DNA of 35,352 nucleotides from Chloroflexota bacterium (GTDB lineage: Bacteria; Chloroflexota; Limnocylindria; Limnocylindrales; CSP1-4): assembly GCA_037147135.1 (NCBI GenBank), contig JBAWVU010000001.1, positions 1-35,352 on the forward strand, given 5' to 3'. A program made the position numbers and the translations under genes. The notes beneath the pieces are model-generated. The model made no database searches and had not been told where the DNA came from. It was given only the letters and a program-made list of their open reading frames with translations. Within the stretch, counting starts at the first letter, position 1, and each line of letters starts with the position of its first letter. Positions 25,361 through 33,571 of this stretch are shown here, in pieces.

Positions 25361-25426
25361 CTGTCTCCCCCACGGTCGACCGTGCGTGACCGCCTGCCTC
25401 GAACGCTCGGCGGCCGCCGTCGCCCT

Positions 25427-26719
25427 CTAGGCGCTTCCCACATCGCGGCGCAGCGACGCCGCATCCTCGAGGCGCCGCCGGATGGCCCCGAGGAACCGCG
25501 CCCCCAGCTCGCCGTCGACGAGCCGGTGATCGGCTGACAGCGTGAGCTTCATGACCGACCGGACGGCGATCCCGTCGCCGAGCGCCACCGGCGTGGGGAC
25601 CGCGCTCGCCACGGCGAGTATGGCCGCCTCGCCCGGGTTGATGATCGCGCTGAACTCCTCGACGCCGAACATGCCGAGGTTCGACACGGTGAACGTGCTC
25701 CCGGTCATGTCGTCGACCGGCAGCGTCCCGTCCCGCGCCGCGGCCGCGAGCGCCGCAGCCTTTCCGTGGAGCTCGTCGATCGCCAGCCGGTCCGCGTCGC
25801 GGATGACGGGCACGACGAGCCCGGCCGGCACCGTCACCGCGAGCCCGAGGTGGACGCGGCGCCTCGTCCAGACCGAGACGCCGTCCGTCCGCGAGTTCAC
25901 GTCGGGCATCTCGGCAAGGGTCTGCGCTGTCGCGAGCAGGATGAAGTCGGTGACCGTGTAGCTCCGGCCCGCCGCCTTGAGCTCCTCTCGGAGCGCGAGC
26001 AGCCGCGTGACGTCCACGGCGACCGTCACGGTGAAGTGGGGGATCGTCGCGAAGCTCTGCGTGAGGCGCTCGGCGATGACGCGCCGCATCCGGCTGAGTG
26101 GGCGCGGCTCCTCCTCGCCGTCGACGGCCGCGACGAAGGCCACAGGCGTCGGCGCGGCGGCCGCAGGGGAGACCGGCGCGGCGGTCCCAGGCGTCGGCGC
26201 CGCGGTCGCGATGTCGCGCGCGGCCATCGCAGCACGGACGTCCCGCTCCACCACCCGTCCTTCCGGCCCGGTGCCGGCGACCGCCCGGGGGTCGAGGCCG
26301 GCGTCCGCGGCGAGTCGAGCGGCACGCGGGCTGATGCGCAGCCGCGCGGACATGTCGGTCGGCGTGGCCGGAGCCACCGGGGCTGGTGGAGCGGCAGCGG
26401 CGGCCGGGATCGTCGCGACAGGCTCGACCGGGGTCGCGGGCGCCGGGGCGGCCTCGGGCGGTGCCTCGGGGATGTCCTCGCCGGGCATGCCGACGTACGC
26501 GCAGACCGTGTTGACCGGGACCGTCTCGCCCACTTCCACGAGGCGCCGCAGGAGGACTCCCTCGTCGAACGCCTCCACGTCCATGACCGACTTGTCGGTC
26601 TCGATCTCGAAGAGGACGTCACCCCGATGGACCGGGTCGCCCTCGTTCTTGTGCCAGGCGACGACGACGCATTCCTCGGTCATCTGCCCGGGCTTCGGCA
26701 TGAGGATCGGATGGACCAT
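25427..26719 (-). CDS. Dihydrolipoamide acyltransferase (E2) of a 2-oxoacid/acetoin-type dehydrogenase complex
   Basis: Lipoyl domain with IETDKSVMDV, Ala/Pro linkers, a peripheral-subunit-binding domain (ISPRAARLAADAGLD), and a catalytic domain ending LTLSADHRLVDG. RBS gagggaa. Confidence 0.9.
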   Translation of the reverse strand: MVHPILMPKPGQMTEECVVVAWHKNEGDPVHRGDVLFEIETDKSVMDVEAFDEGVLLRRLVEVGETVPVNTVCAYVGMPGEDIPEAPPEAAPAPATPVEPVATIPAAAAAPPAPVAPATPTDMSARLRISPRAARLAADAGLDPRAVAGTGPEGRVVERDVRAAMAARDIATAAPTPGTAAPVSPAAAAPTPVAFVAAVDGEEEPRPLSRMRRVIAERLTQSFATIPHFTVTVAVDVTRLLALREELKAAGRSYTVTDFILLATAQTLAEMPDVNSRTDGVSVWTRRRVHLGLAVTVPAGLVVPVIRDADRLAIDELHGKAAALAAAARDGTLPVDDMTGSTFTVSNLGMFGVEEFSAIINPGEAAILAVASAVPTPVALGDGIAVRSVMKLTLSADHRLVDGELGARFLGAIRRRLEDAASLRRDVGSA

Positions 26720-26776
26720 CGGGGTTCCCTCGGCGACTTGGACGGATCGGGCGATCCTGGAAGTGCGGCAGCTCGG

Positions 26777-29080
26777 CTACACGAGCGCCAGGACGGCGTG
26801 GACGATGTCGTCGGCGTTCGGGAGGAACGCCTTCTCGAGGCCCTCGGCCTGCGGGGAGATCCCGTTCGCGGCCCCGATCCGCCCCACCGGGCCGTCGAGG
26901 AAGTCGAAGGCCTCGAGCTGGATCCGCGCGACGACCTCGTTCACGAAGCTGCCGACGAGGACCGCCTGGCTGGCCACCACGCAGCGGCCGGTCTTGCGGA
27001 CGGAGGCGAGGACGGTCTCGATGTCGAGCGGGACGAGGCTCCGGAGATCGATCACCTCCGCGGAGATCCCATGCGCGGCCTGCAGCGTGTCGGCGGCTGC
27101 GAGCGCGTCGAGGACCGCGGGCCCCCACGCGACGAGCGTCGCGTCGGTCCCGTCGCGCGCGACGCGCGCGACCCCCAACGGCACGAGATGCTCCCCCTCG
27201 GGCACGACGCCCTTCGTCGTATAGAGCCCCTGGCCCTCGACGAACATGACCGGGTTGTTCGTCCGGATGGCCGACTTGAGGAGCCCCTTCGCGTCGGCCG
27301 GCGTCGCCGGATAGACGATGTAGAGGCCCGGCAGGTGGGTGAAGATGCTCTCGAGCGACTGCGAGTGCTGGCCGCCGTAGCCCTTGCCTGCGCCGACGGA
27401 TGCGCGGATGACGAGGGGAACCTCGACCTGCGCCCCGCTCATGTAGTGCCACTTCGCAGCCTGGTTGGCGATCTGGTCCGAGGACATCAGGGCGAAATCC
27501 ATGTACATGAGCTCGACGACCGGTCGAATGCCGACGATCGCCGCGCCGACCGCCGTCCCGCAGATGCAGGCCTCCGAGATCGGCGTGTTGAACACGCGGT
27601 CCCGCCCGAACGACTCGAGGAGCCCCTTCGTGAGCTTGAACGCGCCGCCATAGTCCGCGACATCCTCGCCGTAGAAAATGACCCGTGCGTCGCGCGTCAT
27701 CTCCTCGACCATCGCCTCGCGGAGGGCGTCCTTGTAGCTGATCCGGCCGTCTGCGTCCCGGCTGGTGGCGGGCGGCGGCGCGTGGGTCACGCTCTCCCGC
27801 GCTCGGGCCGGCACCTCGTCCGCCGCCGTGTCCGTGTAGAGGTACCGCAGGACGTCGGCAGGATCCGGGTCGGCCGCCCCGGCCGCCCGGACGGCGGCAC
27901 GCGCATTCCGATCCCGCGCCCCGGCCTCGACCGCTGCGAGCCCATCGGCGTCGGCGACGCCGCTCGCGACCAGCTGGGTCCTGAGCCGCTCGATCGGATC
28001 GGTCGCCTTCCAGGCGGCTTCCTCCTCCCGCGTCCGGTACTCGTTGCGCGGGTCGGACAGCGAGTGACCGTAGTAGCGGTACGTGCTGGCCTCGATGAGG
28101 ACCGGCCCCTCGCCGGCACGGCAGAGTGCCCCGGCTCGGCGGACGGCATCGCGTACGGCGAGCACGTCCATCCCGTTGACGACCTCCGCGTGCATCCCGT
28201 CCTCGGCGAAGCCGGCGCCGCGCCGTGCGAGGTGGCGGATCCCCATGACCTCGTCGTCGGTCCGGCCGGTCATCCCGTAGTGGTTGTTCTGGATGAAGTA
28301 GATGATCGGGAGCCCGTATGGGTGGTCGCCCGCGAGGTGGTTGGTCCACTGCGCCTGCGCCGCCCAGTTGAGCGACTCGAGCACGACGCCGTTCGCGTAC
28401 GCGCCGTCGCCGGCGAAGCAGCACACGACGCGGTCCGACCGTTCGTAGCGGGCGGCCATCGCGGCCCCTGTCGCGATCGGCACGCTGCCACCGACGATCG
28501 CGTTCGCGCCGAGGTTGCCGGTCGCGAAATCGCCGATGTGCATCCCGCCGCCGCGGCCGTGGGAGTAGCCCTCCTCCTTGCCGAAGAGCTCCGCGATCAC
28601 CCGGTACACGTGCTCCTCGAGAGCCTCTTCGATGAGCTCGTCGTGCGTCGTGGCCGTCGTGCCCGGCACGCGTGCCCGGAGCTCCTCGTCGCTCATGTGG
28701 CGGATCGCCGCGAACCCCTTGGCGATCGCGTCACCGTGCCCGCGATGGGAGCTGGTGACCTGGTCGTCCGGGCGGAGGGCGGTGCACGCTCCCACCGCCG
28801 TGCCCTCCTGCCCGATCGAGACGTGGGTGGGGCCGCGGTAGTCGTACCCCGGCAGCGCGTCGTAGCCGCCCGATCTCAGGCGGACGATCATCTCCTCCAG
28901 CTCGCGGATCGCGAGCATGTCGTCGAGGAGGGCGAGCGCCTCGGCGGGGTCGATCCCGCCGGCGCCGAGCTCCGAGGCGAGGTCGCCCGCGTACGCGAAG
29001 CCGACGACGGAGCCGCAGGACTCGTCGAAGGGCGCGAAGTCCGGTCGCGTGTCGCTCTTGTAGGTCGGCTCCGCTGTCAT
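26777..29080 (-). CDS. Fused E1 alpha + E1 beta thiamine-diphosphate-dependent dehydrogenase (acetoin/2-oxoacid dehydrogenase E1 type)
   Basis: 767 aa. The alpha part (residues ~1-430) has SHRGHG, the ThDP motif FAGDGAYANG...IQNNHYG, and TYRYYGHSLSD. The beta part starts near residue ~446: ISYKDALREAMVEEM, GEDVADYGGAFKLTKGL, FNTPISE, ELMYMDF, EVIDLRSLVPLD. RBS ggagg. Confidence 0.9.
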   Translation of the reverse strand: MTAEPTYKSDTRPDFAPFDESCGSVVGFAYAGDLASELGAGGIDPAEALALLDDMLAIRELEEMIVRLRSGGYDALPGYDYRGPTHVSIGQEGTAVGACTALRPDDQVTSSHRGHGDAIAKGFAAIRHMSDEELRARVPGTTATTHDELIEEALEEHVYRVIAELFGKEEGYSHGRGGGMHIGDFATGNLGANAIVGGSVPIATGAAMAARYERSDRVVCCFAGDGAYANGVVLESLNWAAQAQWTNHLAGDHPYGLPIIYFIQNNHYGMTGRTDDEVMGIRHLARRGAGFAEDGMHAEVVNGMDVLAVRDAVRRAGALCRAGEGPVLIEASTYRYYGHSLSDPRNEYRTREEEAAWKATDPIERLRTQLVASGVADADGLAAVEAGARDRNARAAVRAAGAADPDPADVLRYLYTDTAADEVPARARESVTHAPPPATSRDADGRISYKDALREAMVEEMTRDARVIFYGEDVADYGGAFKLTKGLLESFGRDRVFNTPISEACICGTAVGAAIVGIRPVVELMYMDFALMSSDQIANQAAKWHYMSGAQVEVPLVIRASVGAGKGYGGQHSQSLESIFTHLPGLYIVYPATPADAKGLLKSAIRTNNPVMFVEGQGLYTTKGVVPEGEHLVPLGVARVARDGTDATLVAWGPAVLDALAAADTLQAAHGISAEVIDLRSLVPLDIETVLASVRKTGRCVVASQAVLVGSFVNEVVARIQLEAFDFLDGPVGRIGAANGISPQAEGLEKAFLPNADDIVHAVLALV

Positions 29081-29135
29081 CGTCTGCCTCCGGGTGTCTG
29101 TGTCGGGGCTGTCTGGCGGGTCGCGTGGTGGCGGG

Positions 29136-29939
29136 TCACGCGGTGATCACCCGGATCCCGCGCCGCTTGAGCGTGCGCGCAGTCCGCTCGTCGATCCCCG
29201 TGTCGGTCACGAGGACGTCGATATCGCCGATGCTCCCGGCGCTCACGAACGAACGGGTGCCTATCTTCGTGCTGTCGGCGAGGAGGATCACCTCGCGGGC
29301 CCGCCGCATGACCAGTTCCTTCGTGTACGCCTCCGATGGATCGGTCGTCGTGAGCCCATCCTCGACGGAGAAGGCGAACGTTCCCATGAGCGCCCGGTCC
29401 ACGTTGAGGGTGTCGAGGAGCAGGCGAGAGAGCGGCCCCACGAGCGCACGGCTCGTCGCCCGCAGCTCCCCGCCGATGACGATGAGGCGCGGGCCGCGCC
29501 CGGCGAGCTCGTTCGCCGCAGGGAGGCTGTTCGTCACGACGGTCAGGCGCGTCCAGCCGTGGAGCAGCCGGGCGGCCGCCAGCACGGTGCTGCCGCTGTC
29601 GAGGTACACGGTGTCGTCCGGCGCCACGAGCTCGACTGCGCGCTGCGCGATGCGAAGCTTCTCGTCGGCCGCCGTGGACGCCTTCGCGTCGAAGTGCGGC
29701 TCGTCGAGGTGCTCGTCGACGGCGACGGCTCCTCCGTGCACGCGGCGGAGGCGACCGGTGGTGGCCAGCGCGTCGAGGTCGCGGCGCACGGTCGCCTGCG
29801 ACACCCCCAGCACGGCACTGAGCTCCTCCAGGCGTGCGGCGCGCCGCGAATCGACGATCTGGCCAAGCCGCTGGCGGCGGCGCGCCGCTAGATCGTGCGC
29901 CGGGGCAGGTGTGTCGTCATCGTGCAGGACCTTCCCCAT
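29136..29939 (-). CDS. DeoR-family transcriptional regulator
   Basis: RRRQRLGQIVDSRRAARLEELSAVLGVSQATVRRDLDAL is the HTH. The sensor domain reads VYLDSGSTVLAAARLL...VVTNSL. ATG 29939 is preferred (see the -10 at 29949-54); GTG 29948 is possible. Confidence 0.85.
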   Translation of the reverse strand: MGKVLHDDDTPAPAHDLAARRRQRLGQIVDSRRAARLEELSAVLGVSQATVRRDLDALATTGRLRRVHGGAVAVDEHLDEPHFDAKASTAADEKLRIAQRAVELVAPDDTVYLDSGSTVLAAARLLHGWTRLTVVTNSLPAANELAGRGPRLIVIGGELRATSRALVGPLSRLLLDTLNVDRALMGTFAFSVEDGLTTTDPSEAYTKELVMRRAREVILLADSTKIGTRSFVSAGSIGDIDVLVTDTGIDERTARTLKRRGIRVITA

Positions 29940-29948
29940 ATCGCGCAC

Positions 29949-29954
29949 ATTCTA
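29949..29954 (-). promoter_or_regulatory. -10-like hexamer TAGAAT directly upstream of the DeoR gene (possible leaderless or short-leader transcript)
   Basis: Plus-strand attcta is minus-strand TAGAAT. The ATG at 29939 lies 9 nt downstream of it. One of the few AT-rich hexamers in this region. Confidence 0.3.
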
Positions 29955-30040
29955 GCGTTATCTTGCAGGAACGTGCTCGCGACGATCTCGCGCCGCCACC
30001 TCGCGTGGCCGAGCGGCAGCGGCCCCGTGGATCGCGGCCC

Positions 30041-30718
30041 TCACCCGGGCAGCGTGACCCCCAGCTCGTCGAGCGAGTCGAGCATCTCCAGCGGGTCCCG
30101 GTAGACGCGGAACGCCCCGGCCCGGGTCAGCTCGTCCTCGCCGTACCCACCACTCAGCAGGCCGATGCTCAGCATCCCGGCTCGGCGTGCCGCGAGCAGG
30201 TCCCAGACCGCATCGCCGACCACGTAGCAGTCCTCGCGCCGCACGCCCATCTGCTCCTGGCAGGCGAGGAAGAGGTCCGGCTCGGGCTTCGCGCGCAGGA
30301 CGACGTCGCGGTCGATGACGACCACGTCGGCGGGCACCCCGAGGACGTCGAGGGAAGCGTCGATGTCCGGGTGCACACCGGATGTGGCGATGCCGTACGG
30401 CACGTCCGCCTCGTGGAGCCGTCGAAGCAGATCCCGTGCGCCGGGCAAGGGCCGCCGCTCCGGCAGCAACTCGACGTACAGCTCGCCGTGTCGCCGCTGC
30501 AGCCACTCCTGCTCTTCAGCCGTGACGGGCCGGCCGATCTCGCGCGCGACCGCGCGAGTAAAGAGCCCGCCGCTCATGCCGACGCGGCGGTGGATGCGCC
30601 GGCCGTCGATGACGATGCCGACTTCTTCAAGGGCCCGCTGCCAGGCCAGGACATGGGCGTAGACGGTGTCGACAAGTGTCCCGTCGAGGTCGAAGATGAA
30701 GGCGCGCACGGGAGCCAT
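30041..30718 (-). CDS. HAD-superfamily hydrolase, subfamily IA (phosphoglycolate/sugar phosphatase-like)
   Basis: Trimmed to ATG 30718. MAPVRAFIFDLDGTLVDT (DxDGT motif I), IATSG (motif II), KPEPD...VVGDAVWD (motifs III/IV). Confidence 0.85.
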   Translation of the reverse strand: MAPVRAFIFDLDGTLVDTVYAHVLAWQRALEEVGIVIDGRRIHRRVGMSGGLFTRAVAREIGRPVTAEEQEWLQRRHGELYVELLPERRPLPGARDLLRRLHEADVPYGIATSGVHPDIDASLDVLGVPADVVVIDRDVVLRAKPEPDLFLACQEQMGVRREDCYVVGDAVWDLLAARRAGMLSIGLLSGGYGEDELTRAGAFRVYRDPLEMLDSLDELGVTLPG

Positions 30719-30946
30719 TCTGTCATGTGCCGCTTCGGTCCTTCCGGCTGGCCCGACACATGTGCTGGGCAACGACGCCGAGGGGCTTGCCAACGCATGC
30801 GACGCCCGACTGCGCAGATCGGGAGACCGCCGCCAGTGACCAGCGACCAGTGGCCCGTGCACCCGTGCCATTTGTCACACGTGCTTGGAGCATCCGTCGC
30901 TTGGCCTGACCCCCGCATACCGGTAGTGTTAACTTCCACCAGTCGA

Positions 30947-30980
30947 CTGAGCAATTGCTCAGCACCCGAGCAATTGCTCG
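30947..30980. promoter_or_regulatory. Two tandem perfect palindromes sharing the core GAGCAATTGCTC (candidate operator pair)
   Basis: ctgagcaattgctcag (30947-30962, 16 bp, perfect) and cgagcaattgctcg (30967-30980, 14 bp, perfect). The cores are 19 bp apart. They sit in the 370-bp divergent gap between the HAD-IA and SorC genes. Confidence 0.5.
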
Positions 30981-31089
30981 ACAGCGCTACATCCCGGGGG
31001 GTCCTGGCATTCGCACCGCAGAAGCCCTATCTGCGCGGGAACACCTGGTCCGTCAGCGTGGCGGTGTGTCGACGCGGCCGCCTGGCGGG

Positions 31090-32094
31090 GTGACGTCGGC
31101 CCATGTCGAGTTCGAGCTGTTGGCTCGCATCGCCTCGCAGTACTTCCTCCAGGACCGCACCCAGGCAGACATCGCCATCGAATACGGGCTCTCCCGCCAG
31201 AAGGTACAGCGCCTGATCCGCCGAGCACGTGAGCAGGGGATCGTGGAGATCCACGTCCATTCTGCGCCCGTGCTCCACATCGAGCTTGAGAACAAGCTCC
31301 GGACGACATTCGGCCTGCAGGACGCCCTGGTGGCCACGTCCCATCCGGACGAGTCCGTGTGCCGCAGCCTGGTGGCGCGGGCAGCGGCCGAGTACCTGGT
31401 TCGCCACCTGACGGACGGGAGCGTCGTGGCCATCGGTCTTGGGCGCAACACGAGCGCCGTCGCCGGCGCATTCGACCCACCTCGGCCGCTGGGCGCCACA
31501 TTCGTCAGCGCCATGGGCGGCTCGCCTGGGTTCACGGCCTCCATCAACCCGAACGAAGTCGGCTCGGCGTTCGCCGCCCGGTCGGGAGGGTCGGCCCAGG
31601 CGCTGTTCGCACCCGCATTCGTCGAGGACGCGTCGCTACGGGCCGGCCTCTTGGGCCAGCAGGCGATCGCCCAGACCCTCGACCTGGCGCGCCGGTCCAC
31701 AGGGGCGATCGTCGGCATCGGGACTGCGGCCGATGAGTCGATCCTGGTGCACGCCGGCTGCCTCTCGAAGGATCAGGCCCGGGCGCTTCGTGCCGCGGGT
31801 GCGGTCGGTGAGATCAACGGCAACTACTACGACGTCCACGGTCGCCCCATCCCCTCGACCACGCAGGAGAGCCTCATCGGCCTGACCCTGGCGGAGCTCG
31901 AACGCGTCCCCCTGGTCGTCGCCGTCGCCGCCGAACCGGGGAAGGCCACCGCGATCCTCGGGGCGCTGCGAAGTGGCGCCATCCGCGTGCTGGTCACCGA
32001 GTGTCGCAATGCTCTCGAGGTGCTGCGACTCGCGGGAGTGACCGATCTCGAAGAAGAGGCATCGCTCCTGGGGGGAAAACGTGACTGCTGGTAG
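31090..32094 (+). CDS. SorC/DeoR-type sugar-binding transcriptional regulator
   Basis: ELLARIASQYFLQDRTQADIAIEYGLSRQKVQRLIRRAREQGIVEIHV is a SorC-family N-terminal HTH. The sugar-phosphate-binding domain reads AIGLGRNTSAV...IVGIGTA...GEINGNYYDVHG...VVAVAAEPGKATAILGALRSG. There is no in-frame ATG. GTG 31090 is chosen and GTG 31066 is possible. The track start 30955 lies inside the palindrome. Confidence 0.8.
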   Translation: MTSAHVEFELLARIASQYFLQDRTQADIAIEYGLSRQKVQRLIRRAREQGIVEIHVHSAPVLHIELENKLRTTFGLQDALVATSHPDESVCRSLVARAAAEYLVRHLTDGSVVAIGLGRNTSAVAGAFDPPRPLGATFVSAMGGSPGFTASINPNEVGSAFAARSGGSAQALFAPAFVEDASLRAGLLGQQAIAQTLDLARRSTGAIVGIGTAADESILVHAGCLSKDQARALRAAGAVGEINGNYYDVHGRPIPSTTQESLIGLTLAELERVPLVVAVAAEPGKATAILGALRSGAIRVLVTECRNALEVLRLAGVTDLEEEASLLGGKRDCW

Positions 32095-32431
32095 CGAAGG
32101 TTTCGTGTTCGTCCTGCAACACCGCCACGAGCGCTTCGATCTGATGCCATTCAGCATCGCTCGCACCTGGCGCGAGGAGATGGGTCTGGACGTCGCCCTG
32201 TACGCGATGTACGACGCGGTCGAGCTGCTGAAGAAGGACACCATCGTCGAGTACCCGGAGATCCGCGAGGCGGTGGATGCGCTGTTGGCCGACGGCGTTC
32301 CCGTGTATGCCTGCGGCTTCTGCTCCCGCGCCTGTCAGCTCGCGGCCGATGACTATTACCCGGGCGTTCAGCTGGGCAATCGCCATATCTTCCTCAAGCT
32401 CATGATGGAGCGCCAGTCTCTGTACTACTAG
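32081..32431 (+). CDS. DsrE/DsrF/YchN-like small protein (116 aa), function unknown
   Basis: GTG start preceded by ggggga. It overlaps the SorC gene by 14 nt. An N-terminal beta-strand GFVFVLQH, then ...DVALYAMYDAVELL...GVPVYACGFCSRACQL...GVQLGN...LMMERQSLYY. This fits the DsrE-fold pattern (first strand, central Cys-containing 'vyvC' segment, C-terminal strand) as I recall it. The family call is tentative. Confidence 0.6.
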   Translation: MTAGSEGFVFVLQHRHERFDLMPFSIARTWREEMGLDVALYAMYDAVELLKKDTIVEYPEIREAVDALLADGVPVYACGFCSRACQLAADDYYPGVQLGNRHIFLKLMMERQSLYY

Positions 32432-32467
32432 GCGCAGCAGCGGTCAGGGTCCGCATGTCCCGTATGC

Positions 32468-33370
32468 ATGGATGAGAGGTTTCGCGTGCAGCCTGTAACG
32501 GATCGCGGTGTCGTCGCTGAGGACCTTGTCAAGGTGCCGCAGCGGATGTACGACGGATACATCTTCGACCTGGATGGCACGATATATCTCGGCAGTGCTC
32601 TGCTGCCAGGCGCCTATCGGCTCATCATCAAGCTGCGTGAGCTGGGCAAGCGCGTGGTATTCCTCTCGAACAACCCCACTCGCGATGTCCAGATGTATGT
32701 GGACAAGCTGACCAAGCTGGGGCTGCCCACACCGTCAGAGGAGATCGTCACCACCGTCTTCACCACCACGCAATGGCTCCTGCAGAACGCTCCGGATGCA
32801 GTCGTCTTTCCGATCAGCGAGGAGCCCCTCATCCGTTCGTTCCGCGAGAACGGCATCAAGATGTCGGAGAACCCGGAAGAGATCGACATCGTCGTCGCCA
32901 GCTACGACCGGACGCTGACCTGGAAGAAGCTCCAGATCGGCTTCGAAGCCATGTGGTACTACCGGCGGGCGAAGCTGATCTGCACGAACGCCGACCACTT
33001 CTGCCCGTTCCCCGGCGGGCGGGGCGAGCTGGATGCCGGGGCGGTCGTCGCTGCCCTGGAAGACGCGACCCAGATGAAGCTGGCGGTCAACTGCGGCAAG
33101 CCCAGCCGAGTCATGCTGGACACGATCATGAACGTGGTCGGGCTCAAGACTTCGCAATGCATCACCACCGGTGATCGTCTCTACACCGAGATCAAGATGG
33201 GGATCGACTCGGGCATGGACACCGCCGTGGTGTTCACGGGCGAGACCTCTCCCGAGATCCTCGCGGGATGGCCCGCCGAAGGCCAACCCACGTATGCTCT
33301 TGACCGGATCGACCGGCTGATTCCGCTTGCCCTGTGGCAGGATTTCGGCTGGACGGACACGAACGGCTGA
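32468..33370 (+). CDS. HAD-superfamily hydrolase, subfamily IIA (NagD/AraL-like sugar phosphatase)
   Basis: YIFDLDGTIYLG (motif I), VFLSNNPTR (motif II), CGKPS (motif III Lys), TTGDRLYTEIKMGIDSGMDTAVVFTGET (motif IV, GDRxxTDI-like). The alternative start GTG 32486 has a better RBS (gagagg). Confidence 0.85.
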   Translation: MDERFRVQPVTDRGVVAEDLVKVPQRMYDGYIFDLDGTIYLGSALLPGAYRLIIKLRELGKRVVFLSNNPTRDVQMYVDKLTKLGLPTPSEEIVTTVFTTTQWLLQNAPDAVVFPISEEPLIRSFRENGIKMSENPEEIDIVVASYDRTLTWKKLQIGFEAMWYYRRAKLICTNADHFCPFPGGRGELDAGAVVAALEDATQMKLAVNCGKPSRVMLDTIMNVVGLKTSQCITTGDRLYTEIKMGIDSGMDTAVVFTGETSPEILAGWPAEGQPTYALDRIDRLIPLALWQDFGWTDTNG

Positions 33371-33571
33371 GTCGACACTCCTTGGCCGCTTCGACGACCG
33401 CATCCGAGTACAGCTCCGTGAGGAGGTGATCGTTGCTCTCAACCAGGTGACAAGGACGTGACCATCTGCGCGGGTGCTTCGGGCAGGCGCTCGTACGGTC
33501 GGAGTCGCGTCACTGGGTAGCACGCCAGCTCTGGGATGTCTAGACCACACCTAGGGAGGACCAGACTCAAC

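Noticed and set aside
25766-29146. 1126-aa plus-strand ORF, the longest in the track
   Set aside because: It lies entirely antisense to the well-supported E2 and E1 genes. Its composition is dominated by R, D, G, P, V and A with no recognisable motifs. This is the typical stop-codon-poor shadow frame of a ~70% GC genome.
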